Origin: Dendrobates tinctorius
Lineage: Eukaryota
NCBI RefSeq assembly: GCF_039654945.1
Contig: NW_027361695.1
Location: forward strand, 16,182,001 to 16,246,000
DNA: 64,000 bases
Direction of reading: 5' to 3'
Made by a program: the position numbers and the translations under genes
The notes under the pieces: generated by a model
Told to the model about the DNA's origin: nothing
What the model saw: only the letters and a program-made list of their open reading frames with translations
Database searches by the model: none
Shown: positions 1 through 12,641 of the stretch, in pieces
Numbering within the stretch: the first letter of the stretch is position 1
Layout of the letters: each line of letters begins with the position of its first letter

Positions 1-780
1 AGGAGACGTGGAGGGAGCTGTAGGAGGGCTACTACCCAGCAGCAGGACCCCTACCTCCTCCTTTGTGCAGGGAGGAACAGGAGGATCAGTGTCAGAGCCC
101 TGCAAAATGACCTCCAGCAGGCCACTAACATCCATGTGTCAGCTCGGACTGTCAGAAACAGACTCCATGAGAGTAGTATGAGAGCCTGACGTCCACAAGT
201 GGACGCTGTGCTTACAGCCCAATATCATGGAGGGCAATTGGCATTTACCAGAGAACAACAAGATTGACAGATTTGACATTGGCGCCCTGTGCTCTTCACG
301 GATGACAGCAGGTTCACACTGGGTACATGTGACAGACGTGACAGAGTCTGGAGACGCCTTGGAGATTCTTCTGCATACAACATCCTCCAGCATGACCGGT
401 ATGACAGTGGGTCTGTAATGGTGTGGGGAGGCATTTCTTTGGAGGGTTGCACAGCCCTCGATGTGCTAGCCAGAGGAACAATGAATTCCATTAGGTACCA
501 GGATGAGATTCTCAGACCCATTGTGAGAGCATATGCAGGTGCACGGGGCCCTGGGTTCCTTCTGATGAATGACAATGCTAGGCCTCATGTGGCTGAAGTG
601 TGTCAGCAATTACTGCATGATGAAGGCACTGATGCTATTTACTGGCCTGCCCGTTCCCCAGACCTGAATCCAATCGATAACCTATGTAACTCTGTAACAT
701 CTGGGACTTGTCTTATTCCATCCATCAATGCCACGTTGCACCACAGACTGTCCAGGAGTTGGTCCTCATCAGGACCATGC
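1..780 (+). pseudogene. Degenerate Tc1/mariner (DD34E-type) transposase fragment, cut by the window start
   Basis: ORF 289..843 has the Tc1 motifs LFTDDSRF, VMVWGGIS, NDNARPH and WPARSPDLNPI, with 34 residues between the second D and the E position (here D). Frameshifts occur before and after. Confidence 0.9.
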
Positions 781-789
781 CCACCTGGA

Positions 790-972
790 CTCAGAGAGAT
801 CTATGTCAAGACTATAGATCTTAACAGCTCGTTTACATGTTAAGAAAAACGTGAATTTCTCTGGAATGAGACATCGGATTACAGATATCAATATATCAGT
901 TAAATTCACTTCCTATGACCTACATGCCCATATAGAAGGCTTAGGGGGATTGATTCTACTGACAGATTCCCT
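790..972. mobile_element. Right arm of a T2/Kolobok-type MITE
   Basis: Ends TGACAGATTCCCT+TTAA and is similar to the right arm of the MITE at 2064-2530. Confidence 0.65.
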
Positions 973-996
973 TTAAGTTTATATTGTCAAAAATTA

Positions 997-1260
997 AAGT
1001 TTTACACTAGCGTTACCGGGTGTAGCGCACGGCCGCCGCTAAGCTCCGCCCCCAGCCATGCCCCCTCCGATCAGCTCCTCCTCTGATCGCATGACGCTGC
1101 ATGGCATCAGCGTACCCTATATTTGGTGTTGGGTACGCTGGTCGTGCGCTGGTACACTTTTGCCGGCGCTTGTGCCCTTTTGACCGGAGGGGGCATGGCC
1201 GGGGGCAGAGCTTAGCGGTGGCCGTGCGCTGCGCCAGGTAATGCTAGTGTGAAACTAGCC
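997..1260. mobile_element. Palindromic Harbinger/Tourist-type MITE
   Basis: Inverted arms TTACACTAGCGTTACC...GGTAATGCTAGTGTGAAACTAGCC followed by TAA. The right end resembles the TIR of the Harbinger at 23519-28889. Confidence 0.7.
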
Positions 1261-2063
1261 TAAAGCCCTCATACTGTCAATTGCATTGTGTCAAGCTTGG
1301 GTTCATGAGCTACAACCAATGTAATAGATTATACCGCAGTTTTGCTCTTTAAAGGTCTTGTTCTACTAAAATGAAAAATCCAAATATTCAGTCAATGCAT
1401 GTATGAATCATTTACTTAACTTTTCTATTTTCAGTCAATGGCATGTAAAATAGAAAAAGAAGAATAACATTGCAAATGCCTATTTCATTTGCTAGGACTG
1501 CTTGCAAATCATCTCATTACATTTCCAAACTAGATATGTCATACTATATTCTAAGCATTAGGCTAAAATGAAATGCCGTGATCTGCGGAGGTGGAGGAGC
1601 AGTCTAAAATTTTCATATAGATAGATTTGCAGTGGGTACATAGAAACTGATCTTCGGAGTTTGCATTGAAAGAAATATTAGACTCATTTTGCAAACAGCA
1701 CTTAACATCAAGGACCAAAATTAAGAAAATGTTTATTTTTTTCCTTTTTCATTCAGAAATGGTCTGTTTTCTCATGGACAGTCAATTGGATTATGTACAT
1801 GCAGGGAAATAGAAAAATAAGCTATTTGCATTATTTCCAAAGTTTGTATCTGAAGCTAATAGTATACTTTCATGCAGAGATGAATAAAAAAAAATAAATG
1901 GGAAAATCTCACAAATGTACTGCTAAAGTCAAGAAACTATCTTGTGTATTCGCAGGTCACATTAGTAGTAAAAGCATAGAGAGTGGATTGCTCTGTTCCG
2001 GTACTCTGATGGAAAGAATGAAGAGTTTCTGGAGGGATTCATTGATTAAAGTTCTCGTGTTAA

Positions 2064-2530
2064 AGGGAATCTGTCGGTAGGATCAACCATCCTAAGCCGT
2101 CTATATGGTCATATAGGTCATAAAGCGTTGAATAAAATGATACTTTGATATCTGTCATCTGATGTCTTATTGCAGAGAAATCCATGTTTTTCTTAATATG
2201 GAAATGAGCTGTTAAGATCTATGGGCCGGACGTAGATCTCCCCTAGAATCTGCCTTCAAAGCTTATTTTAGATGAATAAGGCATTATCAGAGATCAGGAG
2301 AGTTGTCAGTCATTACATGTCTCACACTGGTAATGCTCTGGAGGTAGATTCTCAGGGAGATCTATGTCCGGCCCATAGATCTTAACAGCTCATTTGCATG
2401 TTAAGAAAAACATGAATTTCTCTGGAATAAGACATCGGATCACAGATATCAAATTATAATTTTATACAACTTCCTATGACCTACATGGACTTGTAGACAG
2501 TTTAGGGAGGGTTGCTACTACTGTGAACCT
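2064..2530. mobile_element. T2/Kolobok-type palindromic MITE
   Basis: Starts TTAA+AGGGAATCTGTC. Long internal inverted repeat (GAGCTGTTAAGATCTATGGGCCGGAC / GTCCGGCCCATAGATCTTAACAGCTC); the right end is eroded. Confidence 0.7.
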
Positions 2531-3534
2531 TTGAAGCAAATTAAACATTATTAATAATTTCTGGTTATAAATCTATGCAAAAGGCTGATGCATTAATACT
2601 CCATCGCAACAGGCATCAATGATATATTCCTTATCTCCTCACCTTCCATCTTCTTCCTTCTTACCTGTAGAGAGGTGGCATGTGCTGGCACTTACTTGTC
2701 AGTGTGCGATAGGGTCGATGGAATAAGGGCAGTTGTTGAAATGGAACCTGAGTAAGGAAGATGAGATAGAGAGAGAGCAACTTCACAGAAGCCCACCAAG
2801 CTCAAAATTTGCAGGCTCACATGCAAGCGGTTCAAAGAAAGCTGCCCTGTCTGTATACTCTTTTTTGCTTCCTCCTCTGCCCAGGAGCTGTTCCTGCATG
2901 GTCAGACATATCCATTACACATTACACAGCAGGGGCACAATTATAAGATTATCTCAGCACAGGAACATTATTTTAATCACATCCAGTTGCGGAACTTATT
3001 ATTCAAATATCTATTAATTAAAATGTACGCTGCTCATGGGAAAACCCCTTTAATATCCCTCTTCCCAAAAATATGTACACACCAATATTATAGATGGTAG
3101 GTAGGGGGGCTCTGTTAAAAATTCCGGAAGCTTCATACCATGGTTTGTTTGTTGTTAGCCAACGGACAGGGAGCAACGTGAGCCACTGAAGAGTTGATGT
3201 ATATTTTTTTTTTTTTTTTTAAATTTTTTCGGGACATGTTACTTAGCAGCTTGATGAGAGTCCGGCAAATCTTTTGCCTTTCGTTGTCCCAGTGCAGATT
3301 TTTGATTTGCCGGGACTGGTGTGACATCATCTGTGCATGATGATGTGGCGCCAGCCCTGAAAAATCAAATGCCCGCCAAGGAGGCCGTAAGGTAAGAGAT
3401 TCGTGAGACTCTCGTCTAGCCGCTAGGTAACACTGATCTGGATGCTGGACTGGAGTCCCACAAATTGTTTTGCTCACCTCTATTTCTCACCGATATTATG
3501 GCTAGGTAATAATGCCATTGGTGTCATAACCTAA

Positions 3535-4137
3535 ATAAACACATCCATCAACATTTTTTATACTTTTAATATATTGCAATCATCATATTATAATATTATA
3601 TAGCACTGTGTACTTACATTTGTTTATTTTGGCTTTCTACCCAGCTAATTGTTCTATTTTCCATTAAGTCTATGATATCCTCTCCCCTCTGCACCAGTCT
3701 GTCATTGTAAATTTGATGTGGAAACTTGTTTACTGTTAACGATAACTATAACTTTGTATGTAATCCACCTTCTCATGTACAGCACCATGGAATTAATGGC
3801 GCTATATAAATAAATAATAATAATATCATGTGATTAATAACTGACAATGTGAACTAATGCTCTATGGAGAACTAAGAGGTCAATTTTCCCTGTATGAATC
3901 ATGAATCACTGCAAAAGTCCCTGGCAGGGGGAACAGGGAACAGTTGGATCAGGAGATGAAGTGGGGGATGATAAATACAGGGACAAGAGACTTCTTGTTT
4001 CTACATAGAGCAGAGAAAATAGAAGAATTTACTAGGTAGAAAGGCAAAATGAGCAATTGTAAGTACACAGTGCTGTATAATATGATGACTGTGATATATT
4101 AAGAGGAGAAAAACTTTGATAGAAGCGCTTCTTTGAG
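3535..4137. mobile_element. Old palindromic MITE with a short L2 3' end inserted (about 3680-3825)
   Basis: Inverted arms AGCACTGTGTACTTAC / GTAAGTACACAGTGCT. The central piece ends GGCGCTATATAAATAAATAATAATAAT, like the L2 3' tails elsewhere in the window. Confidence 0.55.
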
Positions 4138-4830
4138 TGAAGTATTCACATGGCAACGCTTGATGCTAAATAAAACTTCTTCTTGGCGCATAATGTATGG
4201 GAGCGGCTCAATCAAAGCATTTCATTTAAAACCAACTCCTGAACTTGAAACTGTTTCAAGGTTATTAAAATAAGATAAAAACTGTCAAGGAGATTAAAAT
4301 TAAGAAGCCTTATAATTTTAAACTGCAGAATTTCATTTTGGCTGATTGCTATTTAGAATAATTATTTTGTCTGCCTTGATTTGGTAGAGAAGGACTGAAG
4401 CTCAGCGCCCTGCTTCAGGGTCACTAGATTTCTTTATCCCCTTCATGTGGTGCAGTAATGTGAATTTACTGTATAATTGCATTAACACTGATAGTTCATA
4501 TCAAACTATACGCTCTGACAATGTATTTATATTTCCAAGATTCTTGAAATACATATTATTCATTTCTAGCACCCATGCATAAAATTAGTAAAATACTAAA
4601 AAATACTAAAATACTAACAACAATTCAAAGTCTAAACTGTGATCTCATTTGGCGGTTTATATACTAAAAATTAGAGTTGAGCGAAACGGGTCGAAAAAAT
4701 TCAAAAGTCGCCGACTTTTGGCAAAGTCGGGTTTCATGAAACGAAACCCGACCCTAGGATGAGGTCGGCCACGAGGTCGGCGACTTACGCGCCAAAGTCG
4801 CGTTTCAAAAGTTTGTTTTGCGCTCTTTTT

Positions 4831-4980
4831 CAGCCAATCAGGATCCACGGACACTGTGGGCAACGTGATGACATAGGCACGGGTCACCACCATCTTTCAG
4901 AAGGGCATGCAAGTGATTGGCTTGCTTTGGTGAGCGTCACAGGGGGTATAAAAGGGCGTGCACGCCGACCGCCATCTTAC
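4831..4980 (+). promoter_or_regulatory. Putative Pol II promoter of the hAT transposase
   Basis: CCAAT (4834), reverse CCAAT (4916), TATAAAA (4947) and a YY1-like GCCATCTT (4971). The same motifs in the same order are kept in the diverged copy at 53221-53370 (minus strand). Confidence 0.7.
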
Positions 4981-5240
4981 TTCTGCCGATCTTAGTATAG
5001 GGAGAGGTTGCTGCTGATTCTGTAGGGAGAGCGTTAGGCAGGGAAGAAGACAAAAAAACTGCTTCTGCTGCTAGCGATTTGGCCTGCACAACACACAAGT
5101 CACTGTGTGTGCAGTGCAAGGGGAGGCTATATTGTGGTGTATCAGTGGTGTTGGTTGTTGGGCTGCCTTTTAAGGCTTCCTGACACGCTGGCATTGCTGT
5201 TTACCCACTGCTCCGCAAACTGCTTTTTTAAAAGCAATCC

Positions 5241-8200
5241 AATCTCCCTTATCCTCTCGTCACTTTGGTCACAGGCAGCTGTGCCATCGAGCGTGTCACA
5301 TAGCGCTCAGATATCAGTGGGCCGCACACAATCCACAAGTGTCCACTGTCCACAAGTGTACGCAGAGATTCAAAATCTCCATTATCCTCTCGTCACTTTG
5401 GTCACAGGCAGCTGTGCCATCGAGCGTGTCACATAGCGCTCAGATATCAGTGGGCCGCACACAATCCACAAGTGTCCAGTGTCCAAAAGTGTACGCAGAG
5501 ATTTAAAATCTCCATTATCCTCTCGTCACTTTGGTCACAGGCAGCTGTGCCATCGAGCGTGTCACATAGCGCTCAGATATCAGTGGGCCGCACACAATCC
5601 ACAAGTGTCCAGTGTCCAAAAGTGTACGCAGAGATTCAAAATCTCCATTATCCTCTCGTCACTTTGGTCACAGGCAGCTGTGCCATCGAGCGAGTCACAT
5701 AGCGCTCAGATATCAGTGGGCCGCACACAATACACAAGTGTCCACTGTCCAAAAGTGTACGCAGAGATTCAAAATCTCCATTATCCTCTCGTCACTTTGG
5801 TCACAGGCAGCTGTGCCATCGAGCGTGTCACATAGCGCTCAGATATCAGTGGGCCGCACACAATCCACAAGTGTCCAGTGTCCAAAAGTGTACGCAGAGA
5901 TTCAAAATCTCCATTATCCTCTTGTCACTTTGGTCACAGGCAGCTGTGCCATCGAGCGTGTCACATAGCGCTCAGATATCAGTGGGACGCACACAATCCA
6001 CAAGTGTCCAGTGTCCAAAAGTGTACGCAGAGATTCAAAATCTCCATTATCCTCTCGTCACTTTGGTCACAGGCAGCTGTGCCATCGAGCGTGTCACATA
6101 GCGCTCAGATATCAGTGGGCCGCACACAATCCACAAGTGTCCACTGTCCAAAAGTGTACGCAGAGATTCAAAATCTCCATTATCCTCTCGTCACTTTGGT
6201 CACAGGCAGCTGTGCCATCGAGCGTGTCACATAGCGCTCAGATATCAGTGGGCCGCACACAATCCACAAGTGTCCACTGTCCACAAGTGTACGCAGAGAT
6301 TCAAAATCTCCATTATCCTCTCGTCACTTTGGTCACAGGCAGCTGTGCCATCGAGCGTGTCACATAGCGCTCAGATATCAGTGGGCCGCACACAATCCAC
6401 AAGTGTCCACTGTCCAAAAGTGTACGCAGAGATTCAAAATCTCCATTATCCTCTCGTCACTTTGGTCACAGGCAGCTGTGCCATCGAGCGTGTCACATAG
6501 CGCTCAGATATCAGTGGGCCGCACACAATCCACAAGTGTCCACTGTCCACAAGTGTACGCAGAGATTCAAAATCTCCATTATCCTCTCGTCACTTTGGTC
6601 ACAGGCAGCTGTGCCATCGAGCGTGTCACATAGCGCTCAGATATCAGTGGGCCGCACACAATCCACAAGTGTCCACTGTCCACAAGTGTACGCAGAGATT
6701 CAAAATCTCCATTATCCTCTCGTCACTTTGGTCACAGGCAGCTGTGCCATCGAGCGTGTCACATAGCAGTCAGATATCAGTGGGCCGCACACAATCCACA
6801 AGTGTCCAGTGTCCAAAAGTGTACGCAGAGATTCAAAATCTCCATTATCCTCTCGTCACTTTGGTCACAGGCAGCTGTGCCATCGAGCGTGTCACATAGC
6901 GCTCAGATATCAGTGGGCCGCACACAATCCACAAGTGTCCACTGTCCACAAGTGTACGCAGAGATTCAAAATCTCCATTATCCTCTCGTCACTTTGGTCA
7001 CAGGCAGCTGTGCCATCGAGCGTGTCACATAGCGCTCAGATATCAGTGGGCCGCACACAATCCACAAGTGTCCACTGTCCACAAGTGTACGCAGAGATTC
7101 AAAATCTCCATTATCCTCTCGTCACTTTGGTCACAGGCAGCTGTGCCATCGAGCGTGTCACATAGCGCTCAGATATCAGTGGGCCGCACACAATCCACAA
7201 GTGTCCACTGTCCACAAGTGTACGCAGAGATTCAAAATCTCCATTATCCTCTCGTCACTTTGGTCACAGGCAGCTGTGCCATCGAGCGTGTCACATAGCA
7301 GTCAGATATCAGTGGGCCGCACACAATCCACAAGTGTCCAGTGTCCAAAAGTGTACGCAGAGATTCAAAATCTCCATTATCCTCTCGTCACTTTGGTCAC
7401 AGGCAGCTGTGCCATCGAGCGTGTCACATAGCGCTCAGATATCAGTGGGCCGCACACAATCCACAAGTGTCCACTGTCCACAAGTGTACGCAGAGATTCA
7501 AAATCTCCATTATCCTCTCGTCACTTTGGTCACAGGCAGCTGTGCCATCGAGCGTGTCACATAGCGCTCAGATATCAGTGGGCCGCACACAATCCACAAG
7601 TGTCCACTGTCCACAAGTGTACGCAGAGATTCAAAATCTCCATTATCCTCTCGTCACTTTGGTCACAGGCAGCTGTGCCATCGAGCGTGTCACATAGCAG
7701 TCAGATATCAGTGGGCCGCACACAATCCACAAGTGTCCAGTGTCCAAAAGTGTACACAGAGATTCAAAATCTCCATTATCCTCTCGTCACTTTGGTCACA
7801 GGCAGCTGTGCCATCGAGCGTGTCACATAGCGCTCAGATATCAGTGGGCCGCACACAATCCACAAGTGTCCACTGTCCACAAGTGTACGCAGAGATTCAA
7901 AATCTCCATTATCCTCTCGTCACTTTGGTCACAGGCAGCTGTGCCATCGAGCGTGTCACATAGCGCTCAGATATCAGTGGGCCGCACACAATCCACAAGT
8001 GTCCACTGTCCAAAAGTGTACGCAGAGATTCAAAATCTCCATTATCCTCTCGTCACTTTGGTCACAGGCAGCTGTGCCATCGAGCGTGTCACATCGCGCT
8101 CAGATATCAGTGGGCCGCACACAATCCACAAGTGTCCACTGTCCACAAGTGTACGCAGAGATTCAAAATCTCCATTATCCTCTCGTCACTTTGGTCACAG

Positions 8201-8838
8201 GCAGCTGTGCCATCGAGCGTGTCACATAGCGCTCAGATATCAGTGGGCCGCACACAATCCACAAGTGTCCACTGTCCACAAGTGTACGCAGAGATTCAAA
8301 ATCTCCATTATCCTCTCGTCACTTTGGTCACAGGCAGCTGTGCCATCGAGCGTGTCACATAGCAGTCAGATATCAGTGGGCCGCACACAATCCACAAGTG
8401 TCCAGTGTCCAAAAGTGTACGCAGAGATTCAAAATCTCCATTATCCTCTCGTCACTTTGGTCACAGGCAGCTGTGCCATCGAGCGTGTCACATAGCGCTC
8501 AGATATCAGTGGGCCGCACACAATCCACAAGTGTCCAGTGTCCAAAAGTGTACGCAGAGATTCAAAATCTCCATTATCCTCTCGTCACTTTGGTCACAGG
8601 CAGCTGTGCCATCGAGCGTGTCACATAGTGCTCAGATATCAGTGGGCCGCACACAATCCACAAGTGTCCACTGTCCAAAAGTGTACGCAGAGATTCAAAA
8701 TCTCCATTATCCTCTCGTCACTTTGGTCACAGGCAGCTGTGCCATCGAGCGTGTCACATAGCGCTCAGATATCAGTGGGCCGCACACAATCCACAAGTGT
8801 CCACTGTCCACAAGTGTGTGCAGAAATTCTAAATCTCC
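5241..8838. repeat. Tandem array of about 27 x 133-bp units between the hAT promoter and the ATG
   Basis: The unit CATTATCCTCTCGTCACTTTGG...GAGATTCAAAATCTC repeats every 133 bp with only 0-3 substitutions per unit. Confidence 0.97.
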
Positions 8839-8915
8839 CCTGTCCTATAGACACCTTGTACCTTGTTTTACATTACTATATAGTTTGTTGGATTTTGTCT
8901 ACATTTCTACCAAAA

Positions 8916-11900
8916 ATGAGGAAGGCTGGTGGAAGAGGCCGTGGAATTGGGCGGGGGTTGGCAGCTGGTAATGATGGTGTTGGTGGTGGATCTGATGGTA
9001 GTGGCAAGAGCAAAATAGGACCGAATGCAGGAGGTGCTGACCCTGCGTCATCGTCTGGCTACATAAGGCCTCGAACGCTTAGTTTTCTAGGAGTTGGCAA
9101 ACCGCTTTTAAAGGCAGAGCATCAGGAAAAAGTTTTGTCTTACATTGCTGACTCAGCCTCCAGCTCTATCGCCTCCTCTTCTTCAGTTGTAAAAAGTAAA
9201 AGCACTGAGTCGTCATTGGAGGCTCATGTTCATGAACCACACCTTTCCTTGTGTCCTTCACCCCAACCAAGATTGAAGGATGACGCAGGCCATACTACTG
9301 ATTACTCCATGGAGCTGTTTTCACATACCATGCCTGGATTATCAAGTCAAATGGTGAATTACCCAGGCCAAGATGAATCTGACATGGAGTGCACTGATGC
9401 ACAGCCGCTGATGGATGATTCTGCTGGTACATTCACTCAGAGCACTACATTGTCCTCGCAGTGTACAGAGCCAGATTTTGACCCTGATGAGACTCAGGTG
9501 CCCCTTCCCGCACACTATACCACCATACACGGTGACACAGAGAAAGGTGCACATGACATAGAAGAGGAGGTGATGGATGACCCAGTTGTTGACCCAGATT
9601 GGCATCCATTGGGGGAAGAGGGTGCTGCTTCCAATAGCTCAGATGAGGAGCATCCACAGCAGACATCGACATCGCAACAGCTGTTATCTGGCAGGCCCGG
9701 AGCACTCCAAAGACAGGTTCCAAACATCAAAAGAGTTGCTGGACAGCTTGTCAAGAGGGTCAAAAGATCACAGCGTGCTAGGCCGCAAAATGTCTGCCAA
9801 AGTAGGAAGAGTGCAGTGTGGCACTTTTTTGAACAAAATCCTCATGATCAGGCCAAGGTTATCTGTAAGAAGTGCGCAAAGACCTTTAGCCGAGGGAAAA
9901 ATCTGAAAAATTTGAATACCAGTTGCATGCTTAGACATTTAACCAGCATGCACTTGCAAGCGTGGACACAACACCAAACCTCAAGTGCCACATGTGCAAC
10001 TGATCACAACGAAGGTAGTCAGCAACGCTACATTGTTTCCCCCACTGTAAGCCCACCGGTTAGCACAGCAGCAAATGTTGAGGTGTCGTTGCAAGGCCAC
10101 AGCAGTCAGGGAATCCCACTGTTATATCAACGAAAGACTGATTCTAGGCAATCAGTAAGAACACCAACTCCATCACCATCATCAACCCTCTCTCAGTCCG
10201 CCCTCTCCACCGCTACTTCCACCATATGCAGCTCTCAAGTCCAGCTCACCCTCCCAGACACTATGAGTAGGTCAAGAAAGTACTCAGTCTCTCATCCGCG
10301 TACACTGGGTTTGAACGCCCACATTGCCAAACTAATCTCGTTTGAGATGATGCCCTTTTGGTTGGTGGAAAGCACAGCTTTCCGCGAACTCATGGCCTAT
10401 GCAGTACCACGCTATGACCTACCCAGTCGCCACCTCTTCTCTCGCAAAGCCATCCCAGCCCTCCACCATCATGTGAAAGACCGCATTGTCCATGCACTCA
10501 AGCAGTCAGTGAGAGGAAAGGTGCACCTCACAACTGATGCATGGTCCAGTCAGCATGGCCAGGGCCGTTACGTGTCCATCACTGCGCACTGGGTTAATGT
10601 GGTGGATGCAGGGTCCACAGGGGACAGCGGTGGTGGGACAGTGCTGCCTAGCCCACGGTATAGGAAACAGTTGGCTGTAGGCGTTCGACCCTCCTCCTCC
10701 TCCTCCTCCTCCAGAAGCGACAGCTCGTCCACAGAGCGCAGTCGTACGAGCACTCCATCTGCAGCTGCCACTGTTGCACACGATGTGTCCCCCTATCGAG
10801 CAGCTAGTGGAAAGCGTCAGCAGGCTGTGTTGCAGATGATGTGTTTGGGCGACAGACACACCGCCGAGGTGCTGGCCGAGTACTTGAAGCGACAAACTGA
10901 GTCATGGCTGGGCAGTGTACATCTTGAGGCAGGCAAGGTAGTTAGTGATAACGGCCGTAATTTTGTGGCAGCCATAGCCCTTTCAAAACTCAGCCACATA
11001 CCTTGCTTGGCTCACACCTTGAACCTGGTGGTGCAGTGCTTCCTTAAAAATTATCCGGAGTTAACAGCCCTGCTCCAGAAGGTGCGAAGACTGTGCGCGC
11101 ACATCCGCCGGTCGCCTGTACACTCCGTTCGTATGCAGAAGCTGCAGCGATTGCTCCACCTTCCCAACCACCGCCTCATTATCGACATTGCAACAAGGTG
11201 GAACTCCACCCTGCACATGGTGGAGCGGCTGTGCGAGCAGAGGCAGGCCATAATGCATTTGTGGGAGGATACACGGCCAGGCACTTTGAGAGCAGACATG
11301 GAGTTGACAGGCGTGCAGTGGTCGAAGCTGAAAGACCTTTGTAAAGTCCTTCAGTGTTTTGAGGAATGCACACGGCTGGTAAGAGCAGACGACGCCATCC
11401 TAAGCATGAGCATCCCACTTATGCGTCTGCTCATGCAAACTTTGACACACCTTAAGGAGCAGGCGTCTGCAGCCAATGTTGATGAGGAGGAAGAGGAGGA
11501 GGGAATCCTTGATGACATTCAGCCATTGTCTGCTCAGGGACCTCTCCTGGACGAGGTGGAGGAAGAAGAGGAGGAGGAGGAGGAGGATGATGGGGATGAT
11601 TACTTAGGGGAGGAGGATGCATCTCGTGGGGCAAGTGAAAATGTTGGCGTGGCAAGGTCTGGTACAGGGTTTGTGCGTGACTGGAGGGATGTGGATTTGC
11701 CAGAAAGTGCTCTTACACCCAGCACTCGCAGTGCATCATTGACACCGGGAACATTGGCCCACATGTCAGATTATGCCTTGCGGATCCTAAAAAGGGACCC
11801 CCGCATTGCCAAAATGATGAACGATGACGACTACTGGTTGGCCAGCATCCTGGATCCACGCTATAAAGGCAAATTACAAAACATCATGCCACAGGAGAAC

Positions 11901-12461
11901 CTTGACCTAATATTGGCTAATAAACAAGCAACTCTGGTAAATCGGTTGCTTGAGGCATTCCCAGCACACAGCAGCGGTGATGGTTCTCACACGAGCCGTA
12001 CGGGCCGGGGGCAGCTTGGCAGAGGTGTTCGTGGTGCACACAGCAGAAGTGGCGTTGGAGACAGGGGTTTCATGACAATGTTGTGGACTGATTTTTCAAA
12101 TACCGCTCACACAACTGGTAATACTGCATCGATGGAAAGTGACAGGAGACAGCAGTTGTCAACTATGGTTACAAACTACTTTTCCTCCCATATCGATGTT
12201 CTCCCACACAGGTCATTCCCCTTTGACTATTGGGCCGCTAAACTGGACACCAGGCCTGAATTGGCACAATATGCCTTACAGGAGCTCGCTTGCCCAGCTG
12301 CAAGTGTGCTATCGGAAAGAGTCTTCAGTGCAGCTGGATCAATCCTGACAGAAAAAAGGACCCGTCTGTCAACCCAAAATGTGGATGATCTAACCTTCAT
12401 TAAAATGAACCACGCATGGGTTTCCAAGGATTTTGTCCCACCTTCCCCTGATGACACATAG
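8916..12461 (+). CDS. hAT transposase (BED zinc finger, DDE core, hAT dimerisation domain), 1181 aa
   Basis: First ATG after the array (MRKAGGRG). BED finger SAVWHFF..CKKC..HLTSMH; HLTTDAWS, VVSDNGRN, CLAH, TRWNST; C-terminal CPAASVLSERVFSAAG..RTRLS. No stops or frameshifts. Confidence 0.93.
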   Translation: MRKAGGRGRGIGRGLAAGNDGVGGGSDGSGKSKIGPNAGGADPASSSGYIRPRTLSFLGVGKPLLKAEHQEKVLSYIADSASSSIASSSSVVKSKSTESSLEAHVHEPHLSLCPSPQPRLKDDAGHTTDYSMELFSHTMPGLSSQMVNYPGQDESDMECTDAQPLMDDSAGTFTQSTTLSSQCTEPDFDPDETQVPLPAHYTTIHGDTEKGAHDIEEEVMDDPVVDPDWHPLGEEGAASNSSDEEHPQQTSTSQQLLSGRPGALQRQVPNIKRVAGQLVKRVKRSQRARPQNVCQSRKSAVWHFFEQNPHDQAKVICKKCAKTFSRGKNLKNLNTSCMLRHLTSMHLQAWTQHQTSSATCATDHNEGSQQRYIVSPTVSPPVSTAANVEVSLQGHSSQGIPLLYQRKTDSRQSVRTPTPSPSSTLSQSALSTATSTICSSQVQLTLPDTMSRSRKYSVSHPRTLGLNAHIAKLISFEMMPFWLVESTAFRELMAYAVPRYDLPSRHLFSRKAIPALHHHVKDRIVHALKQSVRGKVHLTTDAWSSQHGQGRYVSITAHWVNVVDAGSTGDSGGGTVLPSPRYRKQLAVGVRPSSSSSSSRSDSSSTERSRTSTPSAAATVAHDVSPYRAASGKRQQAVLQMMCLGDRHTAEVLAEYLKRQTESWLGSVHLEAGKVVSDNGRNFVAAIALSKLSHIPCLAHTLNLVVQCFLKNYPELTALLQKVRRLCAHIRRSPVHSVRMQKLQRLLHLPNHRLIIDIATRWNSTLHMVERLCEQRQAIMHLWEDTRPGTLRADMELTGVQWSKLKDLCKVLQCFEECTRLVRADDAILSMSIPLMRLLMQTLTHLKEQASAANVDEEEEEEGILDDIQPLSAQGPLLDEVEEEEEEEEEDDGDDYLGEEDASRGASENVGVARSGTGFVRDWRDVDLPESALTPSTRSASLTPGTLAHMSDYALRILKRDPRIAKMMNDDDYWLASILDPRYKGKLQNIMPQENLDLILANKQATLVNRLLEAFPAHSSGDGSHTSRTGRGQLGRGVRGAHSRSGVGDRGFMTMLWTDFSNTAHTTGNTASMESDRRQQLSTMVTNYFSSHIDVLPHRSFPFDYWAAKLDTRPELAQYALQELACPAASVLSERVFSAAGSILTEKRTRLSTQNVDDLTFIKMNHAWVSKDFVPPSPDDT

Positions 12462-12641
12462 GGTGACAGAAAAATGGCTTGCTTTGGTCCACCTCTTCCT
12501 GGTACTTCACCTATTTCGCCTTTTGCATCAGTTGAATGTCCAACATCAACATATGCCACTTTCTAAAACTCCCTAACTGTGCTGCCTTCCCCCCCATGGC
12601 CGGGGTCACCACCTAGCGCACGACACCGTGCGAGTGCCGTT

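Noticed and set aside
5241-8838. Dozens of 76-251-aa ORFs in the 133-bp array, and the 126-aa N-terminal extension of ORF 8538..12461
   Set aside because: Artefacts of a repeat unit not divisible by three, with GTG starts. The diverged copy shows the transposase begins at MRK (8916).
8916-12461. Domesticated host ZBED gene
   Set aside because: It is flanked by TIRs and a perfect TSD, with a related decayed copy nearby, so it is a transposon.
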